From contig JBAYFZ010000001.1 of assembly GCA_041666915.1 (NCBI GenBank), positions 73,086 to 137,085 on the forward strand: a stretch of DNA of 64,000 bases, written 5' to 3'. The DNA is from Minisyncoccota bacterium (GTDB lineage Bacteria > Patescibacteriota > Minisyncoccia > Phycocordibacterales > PALSA-1337). Positions 17,881-27,726 of the stretch are shown piece by piece. The notes beneath the pieces are model-generated. The model worked only from the letters and a program-made list of their open reading frames with translations, was not told the origin of the DNA and ran no database searches. Each line of letters begins with the position of its first letter. Position 1 is the first letter of the stretch. A program made the position numbers and the translations under genes.

Positions 17881-20634
17881 ATGAATCCTACATTTGAAGG
17901 AACAAAGATTACTAATCCACAAGAAGAATTGGCGCGTCTTCGTGAAGTAGCCGTTCAACATGCAGAGCGGGCAAAAGAAAGTGGTATAGAATTAGCTCCA
18001 CATCAAGCTGTCAACGAGACCATCAAGCAGTATGCAGAGACCAAACCAAAAGAGGTTTTACATCCAGAGTTTGCTCTAAAGTCTCATGAGACAGAAGCTA
18101 TAACTCTCCAACTCCGACCAGAGCTTCATGATCAGCAGATTGAACAACTCATAGGTGTTCTTCAAGAAAAGGGTATTCGTAACGCTATGTCAGTTTTGGA
18201 AAGAATGAATAATCCACACTTAATGGATGATTTTCATCGTTTCCTCATTCAATTTATTGCTTCTGGATATCCGATCCTTGACCTTAAGGAAAAAGATGAA
18301 CTCTGGAAACCTTTGCATATGACTCTTTTTGAAGTTAGTTTGCCAGAAGTTTTAGAAGAAAATAAGAACAAGCAGTTAAAAGAACTTATCTCTGGAATGG
18401 AACAGTTTTATTCCGCCATGCTTTCTATTTCCGATGACAAAAAGAATCCTGCTTGGTTTACTGTTGAAGTAGCCAACGCCAATGGTAGTGAAGAATTTAT
18501 TTTCTACGTTTCTGTACCGACTTCTCGCAAGGAATTATTTGAAAAGCAGATTCAGGCCATCTTTGCTGGCGCTCATGTTCATGAACATAGAGATGATTAC
18601 AATATTTTCAATGAGAAAGGCATTTCAGTTGCTTCATATGCCAGTCTGTACAAGCACTTTTTGTACCCATTGAAGTCTTACGAAAGTTTTGATGTAGATC
18701 CTCTTGGTTCTATCTTGAACAGTTTCTCTAAAATAAATCGTGAAGGAGAGGGTGCTGCTATACAGTTTGTTATTGGATCAAGAAATGATGAACTTATGAG
18801 AAGTTCAGAAAAGTCATTAGAAAAGATAAAAAAGGGAGAAAAAATAGGGGACGCTTTGAAAGAGATAGATCAGTCTGTAAGTGGCGCTATAGTCAAAGAT
18901 GTCTTCAGTATGTTCAAAAGTAAAGAAAAGATAGATAAAGAGAAAGAAGAAAAAATCAAAAGAGCTGATGCTATAGACCAGACTTCTTTGGATCAGTTTA
19001 CTCGCAAATTAAAGAGTCCTTTTGTTTCGGTCAACATCCGAATTGTAGCCTCAGCTGGTACAGAATCTGAAGCCGAAGGTATTCTCCATGATCTGGAGTC
19101 TAGTTTCAACCAATTTGAAAATGGTCATGGCAATCGTATTGCGTGGAATAAGGTTGAAAAAAGTAAGTTGGAAGATTTGTTGGAAAGATTTTCTCTTCGT
19201 ACTTTCAATGAAAAAGAACAGATTGTTTTGAATCTTGAAGAAATAACGACTTGTTTACATTTCCCAGCTACTCATGTCGGACATGTTGCGCCACAGCTCA
19301 AACAATCCAAAGCTGGTACTTCACCAGCTCCATTGGATGTTCCTAAAGAAGGAACTCTCATTGGTACAAATTTACATCGTGGAGAAGAAAACAAAGTCTT
19401 TATAGCCCCAGAAGACCGCATGCGACATTTTTATGTTATCGGTCAAACTGGTACTGGTAAGACCACTCTTTTGAAGAATATGATCATTCAAGACATCAAT
19501 GATGGACACGGTGTCTGTTTCGTAGATCCACACGGTTCTGATGTTGTAGATATTTTGGCCAATATTCCAGCCAATCGTTATCAAGATGTTGTCTATTTTG
19601 ATCCAGCTTCTACCGACAGACCGATGGCTTTGAATATGCTTGAATACGACCGACGTTTTCCTGAACAAAAAACATTCGTAATAAACGAAATGTTCAATAT
19701 TTTCCAAAAGTTATATGGTGGTACCCCAGAGTCTATGGGTCCAATCTTTGAACAATATTTCCGTAATGCTACGGGACTAGTCGTAGAAGATCCAGATTCA
19801 GGTTGTACTCTTTTGGATGTTTCGCGAGTAATGTCCAACAAAGCTTTTCGTGATTTGAAAATATCAAAATGTAAAAATCCCATCATCGTCCAGTTTTGGA
19901 AAGAGATCGCCGAGAAAGCTGGTGGGGAAGCGTCACTTGCAAACGTTGTACCGTATATCACTTCCAAGTTTGATGTATTTTTGGCAAATGAAATAATGCG
20001 ACCGATCATTGCTCAAGAAAAATCTTCATTCAATATGCGTGAAGTCATGGATAATAAAAAGATTTTGTTAGTAAATCTTTCCAAGGGAAGGTTGGGCGAC
20101 ATCAACTCTCATCTAATCGGACTTATTCTCGTAGGAAAAATACTTATGGCAGCACTCTCTCGTGTGGATTCATTTGGTAAACCTATGAATGATTTCTTCC
20201 TTTATTTGGATGAATTCCAAAATGTAACCACGGATTCTATCGCTACTATTCTTTCTGAAGCACGCAAATATCGTCTTGGACTCACCGTTGCTCATCAGTT
20301 CATAGCTCAGCTTGATGATAAGATCAAGAATGCTGTTTTTGGTAACGTTGGTTCAATGGTAGTATTCCGTGTTGGTACCGAAGATGCTGAATTTTTGGAA
20401 AAACAATTCGTGCCAACCTTCACTCATACCGATATTACAAATCTGGATAACTTCAATGCTTATGTGAAGTTGTTAGCCGGAGGTCGTCCTGTCAAACCGT
20501 TTAATGTCGTCATTGCACGTCCAGAAAAAGGTAATGCTGAACAAGTAGATAAACTCAAAGAGTTGTCGTCATTATCATTTGGTAGACCTGGGGCAGAGGT
20601 GGAGGAAGAAGTGATGAGGAAATATCAGAAATAG
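17881..20634 (+). CDS. soluble TraG/VirD4 (type IV coupling protein)-like P-loop ATPase with a ~470-aa N-terminal domain of unknown function
   Basis: RHFYVIGQTGTGKTTLL (Walker A), FVDPHGS. The C-terminal LYLDEFQNV...ARKYRLGLTVAHQFIAQL...VGTEDAEFL resembles the TraG/TraD C-terminal region. No TM helices. Confidence 0.6.
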   Translation: MNPTFEGTKITNPQEELARLREVAVQHAERAKESGIELAPHQAVNETIKQYAETKPKEVLHPEFALKSHETEAITLQLRPELHDQQIEQLIGVLQEKGIRNAMSVLERMNNPHLMDDFHRFLIQFIASGYPILDLKEKDELWKPLHMTLFEVSLPEVLEENKNKQLKELISGMEQFYSAMLSISDDKKNPAWFTVEVANANGSEEFIFYVSVPTSRKELFEKQIQAIFAGAHVHEHRDDYNIFNEKGISVASYASLYKHFLYPLKSYESFDVDPLGSILNSFSKINREGEGAAIQFVIGSRNDELMRSSEKSLEKIKKGEKIGDALKEIDQSVSGAIVKDVFSMFKSKEKIDKEKEEKIKRADAIDQTSLDQFTRKLKSPFVSVNIRIVASAGTESEAEGILHDLESSFNQFENGHGNRIAWNKVEKSKLEDLLERFSLRTFNEKEQIVLNLEEITTCLHFPATHVGHVAPQLKQSKAGTSPAPLDVPKEGTLIGTNLHRGEENKVFIAPEDRMRHFYVIGQTGTGKTTLLKNMIIQDINDGHGVCFVDPHGSDVVDILANIPANRYQDVVYFDPASTDRPMALNMLEYDRRFPEQKTFVINEMFNIFQKLYGGTPESMGPIFEQYFRNATGLVVEDPDSGCTLLDVSRVMSNKAFRDLKISKCKNPIIVQFWKEIAEKAGGEASLANVVPYITSKFDVFLANEIMRPIIAQEKSSFNMREVMDNKKILLVNLSKGRLGDINSHLIGLILVGKILMAALSRVDSFGKPMNDFFLYLDEFQNVTTDSIATILSEARKYRLGLTVAHQFIAQLDDKIKNAVFGNVGSMVVFRVGTEDAEFLEKQFVPTFTHTDITNLDNFNAYVKLLAGGRPVKPFNVVIARPEKGNAEQVDKLKELSSLSFGRPGAEVEEEVMRKYQK

Positions 20635-20711
20635 GGCGGATTTACACAGTCCTTCCTAGAAGGAACATGATAATTTGCGACCACTAGACAAAATTAACCA
20701 TTCATGTTAGT

Positions 20712-20906
20712 ATGTTAAACGGCATGAAAACAAGTAGTACAAATAAAACAGATGCCATTCTCGCTCGCTTGAAAAAACAAAGGGCGCGGGGACGGATAGA
20801 ACAGATCAACACCGATGCTCATCTTATTAGGCTCAAAGAAAAAGGCGACATTACGCAAGCTCAGTTTGATGATGTGACAGGTCGGCAAAAGGAGAAAAGT
20901 GATTAA
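20712..20906 (+). CDS. hypothetical small protein
   Basis: 64-aa ORF upstream of a bidirectional terminator; unsupported otherwise. Confidence 0.25.
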   Translation: MLNGMKTSSTNKTDAILARLKKQRARGRIEQINTDAHLIRLKEKGDITQAQFDDVTGRQKEKSD

Positions 20907-20937
20907 TATGTAAATAAAAAAATAACATAAATCAAAT

Positions 20938-20971
20938 TAAAAGGTCCCTCACAAGCTCGGGACCTTTTTTC
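20938..20971. terminator. bidirectional rho-independent terminator (AGGTCCC...GGGACCT + TTTTTT)
   Basis: 7-bp GC stem flanked by an A-run and a T-run, between convergent genes. Confidence 0.6.
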
Positions 20972-20992
20972 TTGGATTATTTACAGCAATTA

Positions 20993-21943
20993 TTATGGTT
21001 TACGATCCAGATCAATAGGAGTAAAAGATAGAAGGGAAAGGTCTTTACTCATTTGCATAGCGAAAGCGTCACCTCGGATATGTTGTTGTATTGTCTTTAT
21101 ATCCGCTCCAGCTTCTTCTGCTAATTTTTGAATGACTGCCAGAGTGTTTTTGTGCACTTCAAGAGAAGTTGTCGCGCGTTCCATGATCTCTTGCTTGTTT
21201 TGTTTATTGGCTTCAACTATGACCTTTTCCAATCTATTTATAAATACTGACAATTGAGCTTGTATTTCTCCGAAAAGGACGAAACGAAAAGGGTCTTCTT
21301 TTATCTCATTTCTAACCGATTCTGTTATGGCAGAACCGTTCATGATTTCAAAACTGTATGATACTAGACGCTCTAGAGACTCGTGTCCAGCTCCTACTAC
21401 AATTCTTGGTAATTTAAAATTCTTAACTTGACCTGTCTTTTCTGATTCAAAATATTTGACTGCTGGTGTATAGCCAAGGTCAATGTCATCAAATGTTCGG
21501 CGTAACTTTTCTCCGATATCATTTGTGCCCGTGGCAAAATCTATGGCGAAACCGAGATGCTCTGAATGCTTGGGATCAATCTCAATCTGAGCGACAGAAT
21601 CTATACCTCTAACAAAGTCATCGTATTGTGAAGTTACGATCATTTTGACTTTTTCAGCAAGCCAACCATAATTTTCCATTACATTACGAAATGCGAATTC
21701 TGCCGCTAAACCTCTTTCAGATTGCTCACGTCGTTCTTCGTTTTGAGAATTCCTCCTATTTTCAAATTTATGTTTAAGAACGTCACAAGTTTTGATATCT
21801 TTATCAATCTCTTGTTCACTAAAATGTTTATGACCTCGGAAACTTTCTAGTTTGATACGTTTCTCGTCTATTTCTTCGTTTACTTTCTCAATGTCCAACA
21901 ATTCCTTGACACCAGCCTCTTCTGTAGATTTGAATGATTCCAT
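20993..21943 (-). CDS. hypothetical protein (316 aa)
   Basis: Long ORF with consistent codon usage, 12 nt downstream of the 21956-22300 ORF (likely an operon). No family recognised. Confidence 0.5.
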   Translation of the reverse strand: MESFKSTEEAGVKELLDIEKVNEEIDEKRIKLESFRGHKHFSEQEIDKDIKTCDVLKHKFENRRNSQNEERREQSERGLAAEFAFRNVMENYGWLAEKVKMIVTSQYDDFVRGIDSVAQIEIDPKHSEHLGFAIDFATGTNDIGEKLRRTFDDIDLGYTPAVKYFESEKTGQVKNFKLPRIVVGAGHESLERLVSYSFEIMNGSAITESVRNEIKEDPFRFVLFGEIQAQLSVFINRLEKVIVEANKQNKQEIMERATTSLEVHKNTLAVIQKLAEEAGADIKTIQQHIRGDAFAMQMSKDLSLLSFTPIDLDRKP

Positions 21944-21955
21944 ATTATTATATTA

Positions 21956-22300
21956 TTATAAAGGCATTTCTCCAGTTTCTATTTGGTGATGTACGTCTTC
22001 AAGTGTAATGTTCTTTATATTACCTTGAAATCTTGGGTGTGTTTGAAATGCGGGGTTATGGACGATATCACTAAAAGCTTTTGACCATTTTGAATTGTTT
22101 GCCCATTCAAATGTAATACTTTCCAATCGGTCATGATCTAGTGTTTCTTCTGGATGTTCTGTTACGAATTTTTCTACCGCCAGTTGCATCTGACGAAGGT
22201 TATAATTGCTCGATGGGGGACCGTCTAGAAGTTTATTAATTTCAGCACCAACATCTTTTGCTTTAGGTGTTTCTGCTGGTGATGATTCTGTGTAGTTCAT
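21956..22300 (-). CDS. hypothetical protein (114 aa)
   Basis: ORF upstream of, and co-oriented with, the 316-aa ORF. No family recognised. Confidence 0.45.
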   Translation of the reverse strand: MNYTESSPAETPKAKDVGAEINKLLDGPPSSNYNLRQMQLAVEKFVTEHPEETLDHDRLESITFEWANNSKWSKAFSDIVHNPAFQTHPRFQGNIKNITLEDVHHQIETGEMPL

Positions 22301-22406
22301 GGCTCAATAATACACCTGATTGGAGTTGTTGTTAAATGTATGTGTATGAAAGTAAAAAAATTAGGCCGCCATTCAGTTAAGAATGACGACCTAGTGAGGC
22401 GGGAGA

Positions 22407-22814
22407 TTACCTGTGGTAACCGTACACGCCAGAATGTTGTTGTCGTGGTGCCGGCGCCTGTCGTTCGGTCTTGAGACCGTACGTGTGCGCCGTCCTCTCC
22501 ATAAAGTACCGTTGAGAATTCATTGGTACCGTTATGATCGGGTACCCGGAGTGAGTGGGTACAAATCGAGGAGACGGTTGACATGGCGCCGGTGCCACAT
22601 AGACTCGTTGCACTGGAGCGTAACTATAGACTGGTTGATGAACTACAACAGGTCGCGCTGGGACATATACGACTGGCGGAGGAGTCCGACAGAACGAAGA
22701 TCCGTTCCCGCTACCAATCCGGACACTAACCCCGAAGCTCAATTGGGCTTGGGTAGTATTGGCCATAGCCAATAGAACAACCGCAAAGCAAGCAGATTTA
22801 ATCAAAGTTTTCAT
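22407..22814 (-). CDS. secreted proline-rich protein (signal peptide), encoded in a GC-rich island
   Basis: MKTLIKSACFAVVLLAMANTTQA signal-like N-terminus followed by a PV-rich sequence. Local GC is well above the surrounding ~35%. The opposite-strand ORF at 22413-22775 is probably an artefact of the GC richness. Confidence 0.45.
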   Translation of the reverse strand: MKTLIKSACFAVVLLAMANTTQAQLSFGVSVRIGSGNGSSFCRTPPPVVYVPARPVVVHQPVYSYAPVQRVYVAPAPCQPSPRFVPTHSGYPIITVPMNSQRYFMERTAHTYGLKTERQAPAPRQQHSGVYGYHR

Positions 22815-23045
22815 TGTACAATCTTTCTCTTTTATCCCAAGGTTATCTTGAGATTTCTGTTACCATTATAGCATGTTTAATACCCAAAAGTCAAGCTCAT
22901 TTTTGACCCTACTTGAAAGAACTGTGGAAAACCTATACACTGCTTGGGTAGTAGAAAGTAGGGTTTTGTAGGGGCCTGCCCTGCGAAGCTCTGACTGTAA
23001 AGAAGAGCGAAGCCCTCCTTCGTTAAAACTACGAAGGGTAAACAG

Positions 23046-23117
23046 GGCCTTATCGTCTAATGGTTAGGACACGGCCTTCTCAAGGCTGTAATCCGGGTTC
23101 GACTCCCGGTAAGGTCA
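23046..23117 (+). tRNA. tRNA-Glu (anticodon CUC)
   Basis: Cloverleaf with acceptor GGCCTTA/TAAGGTC (one G-U) and D-arm GTCT/GGAC. Anticodon stem CGGCC/GGCTG with loop TTCTCAA. T-arm CCGGG-TTCGACT-CCCGG. No encoded CCA. Confidence 0.8.
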
Positions 23118-23212
23118 CAAATTTTTTAGAGCTAAGTAGAGCCAAATATTTTTTATACTAAAGAACTTATACACTGTTCAGGTCTATTTTTGTATTGTAA
23201 AGTTACGGTAAT

Positions 23213-24622
23213 ATGAAAAATTTACAGAAAGGTTTTGTTGTTCAAAGTATAATTGGATTATTAACTCTACTCCTTATTGCTGGTGGGGCATATTATGCAG
23301 GGACGTTAAAAAAATTGACTTCTATAATTGATAAAGATTTCGTTGAAGATAGTAATATGGATAGTTTAGTACAAGAGAAGGGAGATATCCTTATTAGACA
23401 ATTACCTATATCAACATCTACACTAAATTTAGTAAACGTCGAATTGCTCCCAACTCCTCATAGGGGAGCAAATATAACTGAGTTTTCTTTAGGACAAGTT
23501 TTTGAGATATCTACGATTTTTAATATGAGCAATAGTTTGTCAGAAATTGATCTAAAAAATATTAATATTGAAGTATCGGTACCTGACGGTCGTGTCGTAG
23601 CTGTTATTGAACTTGAATGTGAGAAAACTCAAAATATTTTCTATTGTGCAAATAATGTGTGGAATACGAGTAATTTACAAAGCGGGCAGAAGCAGTATAA
23701 ATTTAGTGTAAGTGGCACAGATTCACTTAAGAAGAAAGTCCTAGGTTCTATTGTCCGCGAATTTACATTTAAGGATGTATCAAAAAATTTATGTAAAGCA
23801 GTGTACTCTCAAAACAATATTGATAATGTTAATGAAAACAAATTTAATTTAGTTTTTGTTGGAAGTGGATACTCTAATGTAATTGGAGAATCATTTTCAG
23901 AAGTTTTCACAAAAGTTTCATCTAAATTAATAGATCTCAATGCTATTGGCCATGGACTTTTTTCCATTGATCCTTTCAGAGGTAATAAAGATCTTTTTAA
24001 TTTTTGGTATATAGATAAATCATATCCTCTTGAACAATGTACGCTTATAAATAATTCTTGTCCAAGAGAAGACATTTTAAAATTAGCTGAGAATTGTCAA
24101 TACCCAAATTCTTATGTTGTGGAGGTTCATGATAGAAATGCATACGATCAAGAGGTTGGGGCTTCAGCCAGAAGTATTGTGGTTGCAATGCCGTACTTCA
24201 AGTTTTCAGATCCTACACAATTCGCAGATATTGACTCTCTCCAAAGAACATTTGTTCATGAATTTGGGCATACTTTTTCGGATCTTGGTGATGAATATGT
24301 GCTTTTTCCTGAACAAAAATCGACTCCTGTCCAGATAAATATTCAGAAACTGAAGTCGATTTTTCAAGCCCAGAAAAATATTTTTTATGGTACTTTAAAT
24401 GAATGTCAAAAAGAAGCCCCTTGGCGTAACATTGCCGGCACAGGATGCTTTGAAGGGGCTGGGAAAATTGGTTTTAATGCTTTTAGACCGACAGAGAATT
24501 CCCTGATGCGTGATCAATTTCTTGATCCGTTTACTTTTGGGGCATACAACTCTTCTCTTATTATTAAGACATTTGATCATTTCCTAATTAAATCAAAAAT
24601 AATAAATAGTGAGAATTTGTAG
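23213..24622 (+). CDS. secreted/membrane-anchored zinc metallopeptidase, M64 (IgA-peptidase-like) family candidate
   Basis: N-terminal hydrophobic anchor. HEFGHTFSDLGDEY (HExxH...DEY signature typical of M64). Confidence 0.55.
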   Translation: MKNLQKGFVVQSIIGLLTLLLIAGGAYYAGTLKKLTSIIDKDFVEDSNMDSLVQEKGDILIRQLPISTSTLNLVNVELLPTPHRGANITEFSLGQVFEISTIFNMSNSLSEIDLKNINIEVSVPDGRVVAVIELECEKTQNIFYCANNVWNTSNLQSGQKQYKFSVSGTDSLKKKVLGSIVREFTFKDVSKNLCKAVYSQNNIDNVNENKFNLVFVGSGYSNVIGESFSEVFTKVSSKLIDLNAIGHGLFSIDPFRGNKDLFNFWYIDKSYPLEQCTLINNSCPREDILKLAENCQYPNSYVVEVHDRNAYDQEVGASARSIVVAMPYFKFSDPTQFADIDSLQRTFVHEFGHTFSDLGDEYVLFPEQKSTPVQINIQKLKSIFQAQKNIFYGTLNECQKEAPWRNIAGTGCFEGAGKIGFNAFRPTENSLMRDQFLDPFTFGAYNSSLIIKTFDHFLIKSKIINSENL

Positions 24623-24692
24623 TCCTGAAAGCTACGCAATAGGGTCACAGAATTATGTTATAATTGGTCTTATTAGAAAAACATAAAAAATC

Positions 24693-24962
24693 ATGAGTTC
24701 ATCTTTTAAGGGTATTATAAGTGTTATTATTTCTGCTATTTTCTTTTTCCCTTGGGTGTGGATGGGTATTTTCCATATTAAGTTGCCTGCTCTTGTGGCA
24801 TTGATGATTGGATTGGTTGCGGCAATTATCGCCGTTATGTTTGGATCTCAGGCCAGAAAGGGAGGTTCTAGAATATGGGGAACAGCAGGTCTGACATTGG
24901 GGATAATTTCTACGGTCTTGAATGTGGTCAATATAATTGCAGTTGCTTTAAGCCGTGCGTAA
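24693..24962 (+). CDS. small membrane protein (2 TM)
   Basis: 89-aa hydrophobic ORF. Confidence 0.4.
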   Translation: MSSSFKGIISVIISAIFFFPWVWMGIFHIKLPALVALMIGLVAAIIAVMFGSQARKGGSRIWGTAGLTLGIISTVLNVVNIIAVALSRA

Positions 24963-25156
24963 AAAACTTATTGTTATCGCAATAGTTAGTTAAAGTAGCG
25001 TATACTCCTCATAATATTTATGGTTTATATGCGCTGATATATTTTGTGTCATTTTTTATACTTTTCTATCTTTATATTTTTTTAACAAAATAAAGGTCAA
25101 TAATACCTTCTATATTTATGGTATGATTTAATTTATGTAATGGTAAGAGATAAGAC

Positions 25157-26368
25157 ATGAGTAAAATTAACATCACCAAACCACATAAAATCATTTTAAC
25201 ATCTTGTTTTGTTGTTATAGTACTTGGTGTTGTGGCGTATCTTTTCTCAAGAAATGTAAGCTCACCTGTCTCAGAATTTGTTTCAACTGATACGGTTGTT
25301 GTGGCAACTACATCGGATTCATTGATGGTATCTTTGGTGAACATGACGACAACTGTTGTTGATACAACAGATTGGACTAGTGGCTCTGATTCCAATTTTG
25401 ATATTTCATTTAAATATCCTACGAACTGGGTTATATCAACGACTAGTGATAAAAGAGGTATCTACTCCTTAACTGTTACTGATTCTTCGTGGGGTAGTGA
25501 TTTTAAAAATCAGGTTAAGATATCATTTACGAGTCATCAGAATTGCAGCGGAAATGGGTATGATCAACCTGAAATTTTGGGCTTAAAAGTAAGCGATGGT
25601 AAGTGGAGTTACAACAAAACATCTATAGGTAGGACACTTTGTTTCCCAGATAAACAATTTTATATAAGAATGACGGCTGTTTCGGCTCAAGCAAAAAATA
25701 TAGCCGAGCAGATACTTTCGACTATAAAATTCAATCCGGTAGCTGAAAATTCATGGAAGAAATTCTTCGATAGGACTTTGGGGTTGGAGTTTGAATATCC
25801 TGCTTATTTGGGACATGTTATCGTCGAAAAAGCAAATTCAATGAGTTGTCCAGAGATGAAGACGTACGCTCGGAATGGGCAATTGGAAGCAGAGGATTAT
25901 CTTATCTGGTTTTCAAACCTTCAGCATATCGGTACAAGTACGTCTTATGTGGAATACTATATTCCTCTCATAAAAACCGAAAACAGTACGATGGTATGCG
26001 GAATTGATTTGGTTGAGCTTCGTAAGAATTTAGCTTCGAATCCTCAGTATCAATCATCAGCATTTCCACAATTGTATGCCACGGATGCTTATGTTTCGAC
26101 TATAGGTACTACCATTGGGACGTCTGCTAATCAGTTTTATACTTTATATTTTATAAAGCGTAATTCTATGGTAGTTATTCAGCCAGATATCAGGTTTATG
26201 CCGGTTGCGAATTCGAATGAGGAAAATGAGATAGTACAGAAGGAAACTACGAAGGATATGTATTCTTCAATCATTAATTATGTACTTAAGAGTGATAGTG
26301 CTAAGCCGATAAGGAATTACATGGATGATTTTAAAAAGGTTGTAGCTAGTATGAAAATCGTTGATTAA
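25157..26368 (+). CDS. hypothetical membrane-anchored/secreted protein (403 aa)
   Basis: N-terminal TM helix then a T/S/V-rich region and a large extracytoplasmic domain. No family recognised. Confidence 0.5.
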   Translation: MSKINITKPHKIILTSCFVVIVLGVVAYLFSRNVSSPVSEFVSTDTVVVATTSDSLMVSLVNMTTTVVDTTDWTSGSDSNFDISFKYPTNWVISTTSDKRGIYSLTVTDSSWGSDFKNQVKISFTSHQNCSGNGYDQPEILGLKVSDGKWSYNKTSIGRTLCFPDKQFYIRMTAVSAQAKNIAEQILSTIKFNPVAENSWKKFFDRTLGLEFEYPAYLGHVIVEKANSMSCPEMKTYARNGQLEAEDYLIWFSNLQHIGTSTSYVEYYIPLIKTENSTMVCGIDLVELRKNLASNPQYQSSAFPQLYATDAYVSTIGTTIGTSANQFYTLYFIKRNSMVVIQPDIRFMPVANSNEENEIVQKETTKDMYSSIINYVLKSDSAKPIRNYMDDFKKVVASMKIVD

Positions 26369-26413
26369 AATATAATCCACATAAATTTTTAAAGATGTGG
26401 TAAAATTTAGTCC

Positions 26414-26791
26414 ATGTCAAGTTTAAAAGAAAAATCATATTATCTAATAGCGAACATTTGGATTATGGTCGTAATTGGATTTGGTGTGCTTTTGTATGGA
26501 AAAGCTTTTAATTTTATTACAGGCCCAATAGCTGAAACTTTTGATAATATTTCTTTGTATATTATCTCTGCACTTTTCATATTTATCATGGTTGGGCACG
26601 TAATCCTTGCTAAGAGAAATGGCAAAATTTCTGAAATTTTTATTGAAGGAGGTTATAGTGGGTACTCTTGTTCGTGGACAATAGATGAGAATAAGGATTT
26701 TGAAGTATTTTGGGGCACAATAAAAACCTGGCTTTTTATGATTGCTTTGTATGTTATCGGTATAATTTTTCTTTTCTTCTTAGGTAAATGA
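26414..26791 (+). CDS. small membrane protein (3-4 TM)
   Basis: 125-aa hydrophobic ORF. Confidence 0.4.
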   Translation: MSSLKEKSYYLIANIWIMVVIGFGVLLYGKAFNFITGPIAETFDNISLYIISALFIFIMVGHVILAKRNGKISEIFIEGGYSGYSCSWTIDENKDFEVFWGTIKTWLFMIALYVIGIIFLFFLGK

Positions 26792-26927
26792 TTCAAGCGA
26801 TATCTTTATTTTTTTATGTAATTTCTATCAGTCATCAATTTTGAAAGCCAACCTAATGGTTCACACTCTCAAAATAAAAAGCAAAGAGTATTTCATCTTT
26901 GCTTTCGTGTGAATTGATCTAGTTTTT

Positions 26928-27212
26928 TTAGATTGCTTCAATGGTACTTCCGTAGACATCAAAGCCTTTGCCTATTGTCAGAACCCCACTATTTCTTGTT
27001 TCGATCTTGAGCTCCCCATGATCGAGAATCAGGGTACCTGTAAGGTCTCCGGTCCAGTCGCCCTCATTTTCTACATGGAACGAGACTCTTTTTCCAATAA
27101 GCGATCTGTCTGTAAACCTAAAGATGCGCTTGGTCATCGGTTTGGCCACCGGTATTCTACGTTTTTTAGTTTTCATACATTTCTTAAGTCTGATTGCATT
27201 ATGTACATTCAC
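26928..27212 (-). CDS. hypothetical protein
   Basis: 94-aa ORF with a basic N-terminus; weak support. Confidence 0.3.
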   Translation of the reverse strand: MNVHNAIRLKKCMKTKKRRIPVAKPMTKRIFRFTDRSLIGKRVSFHVENEGDWTGDLTGTLILDHGELKIETRNSGVLTIGKGFDVYGSTIEAI

Positions 27213-27261
27213 TACGACTAAGTCAATGGTAAGAGTTTTTTGATATCTTCTCTGCTATACT

Positions 27262-27717
27262 TTGATTATGATAGACATCCGTAAAAGAGTCATTGAAGTC
27301 CTGAGCAACACTCATCTTATGAGTTTAGGCACATCAGATAAAAATGGTGTTTGGGTTGCGGATGTCATCTTTGTATACGATGACGATTTGAATATTTATT
27401 GGTTATCAAGTCCAGATTGCAGACATTCAAAAGCTATAATGGAAAATGATAAAGTTTCTGGAACTATTACTCTCAGCACTAATAAAAAAGAGCCAAATCT
27501 CGGTATTCAATTTGAAGGAAAGGCAGAAAGATTGGAAGGTGTTAGAATTGATCTGATTGCTAAGCATTGGACAAAGAGAAGTCATAGAATTCCTGACATT
27601 TGCAAAGCTTTAGAAGTTTTAGATGGTGATTGTTGGTACAAATTGACGCCAACAATGATTGGGCTTATTGATGAAAAAAATTTTGGTTTTGATAGACAAG
27701 AGTTGAAAATAGTCTAA
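27262..27717 (+). CDS. pyridoxamine 5'-phosphate oxidase-like FMN-binding split-barrel protein
   Basis: HLMSLGTSDKNGVWVADVIFVYDDDLNIYWLS pattern typical of the PNPOx/general stress protein 26 family. Confidence 0.55.
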   Translation: MIMIDIRKRVIEVLSNTHLMSLGTSDKNGVWVADVIFVYDDDLNIYWLSSPDCRHSKAIMENDKVSGTITLSTNKKEPNLGIQFEGKAERLEGVRIDLIAKHWTKRSHRIPDICKALEVLDGDCWYKLTPTMIGLIDEKNFGFDRQELKIV

Positions 27718-27726
27718 AAAATAACC

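Noticed and set aside
22413-22775. Plus-strand 120-aa ORF in the GC-rich island
   Set aside because: GC-rich DNA opens long ORFs on both strands. The minus-strand ORF has a convincing signal peptide, so the plus-strand ORF is treated as an artefact, though this is not certain.
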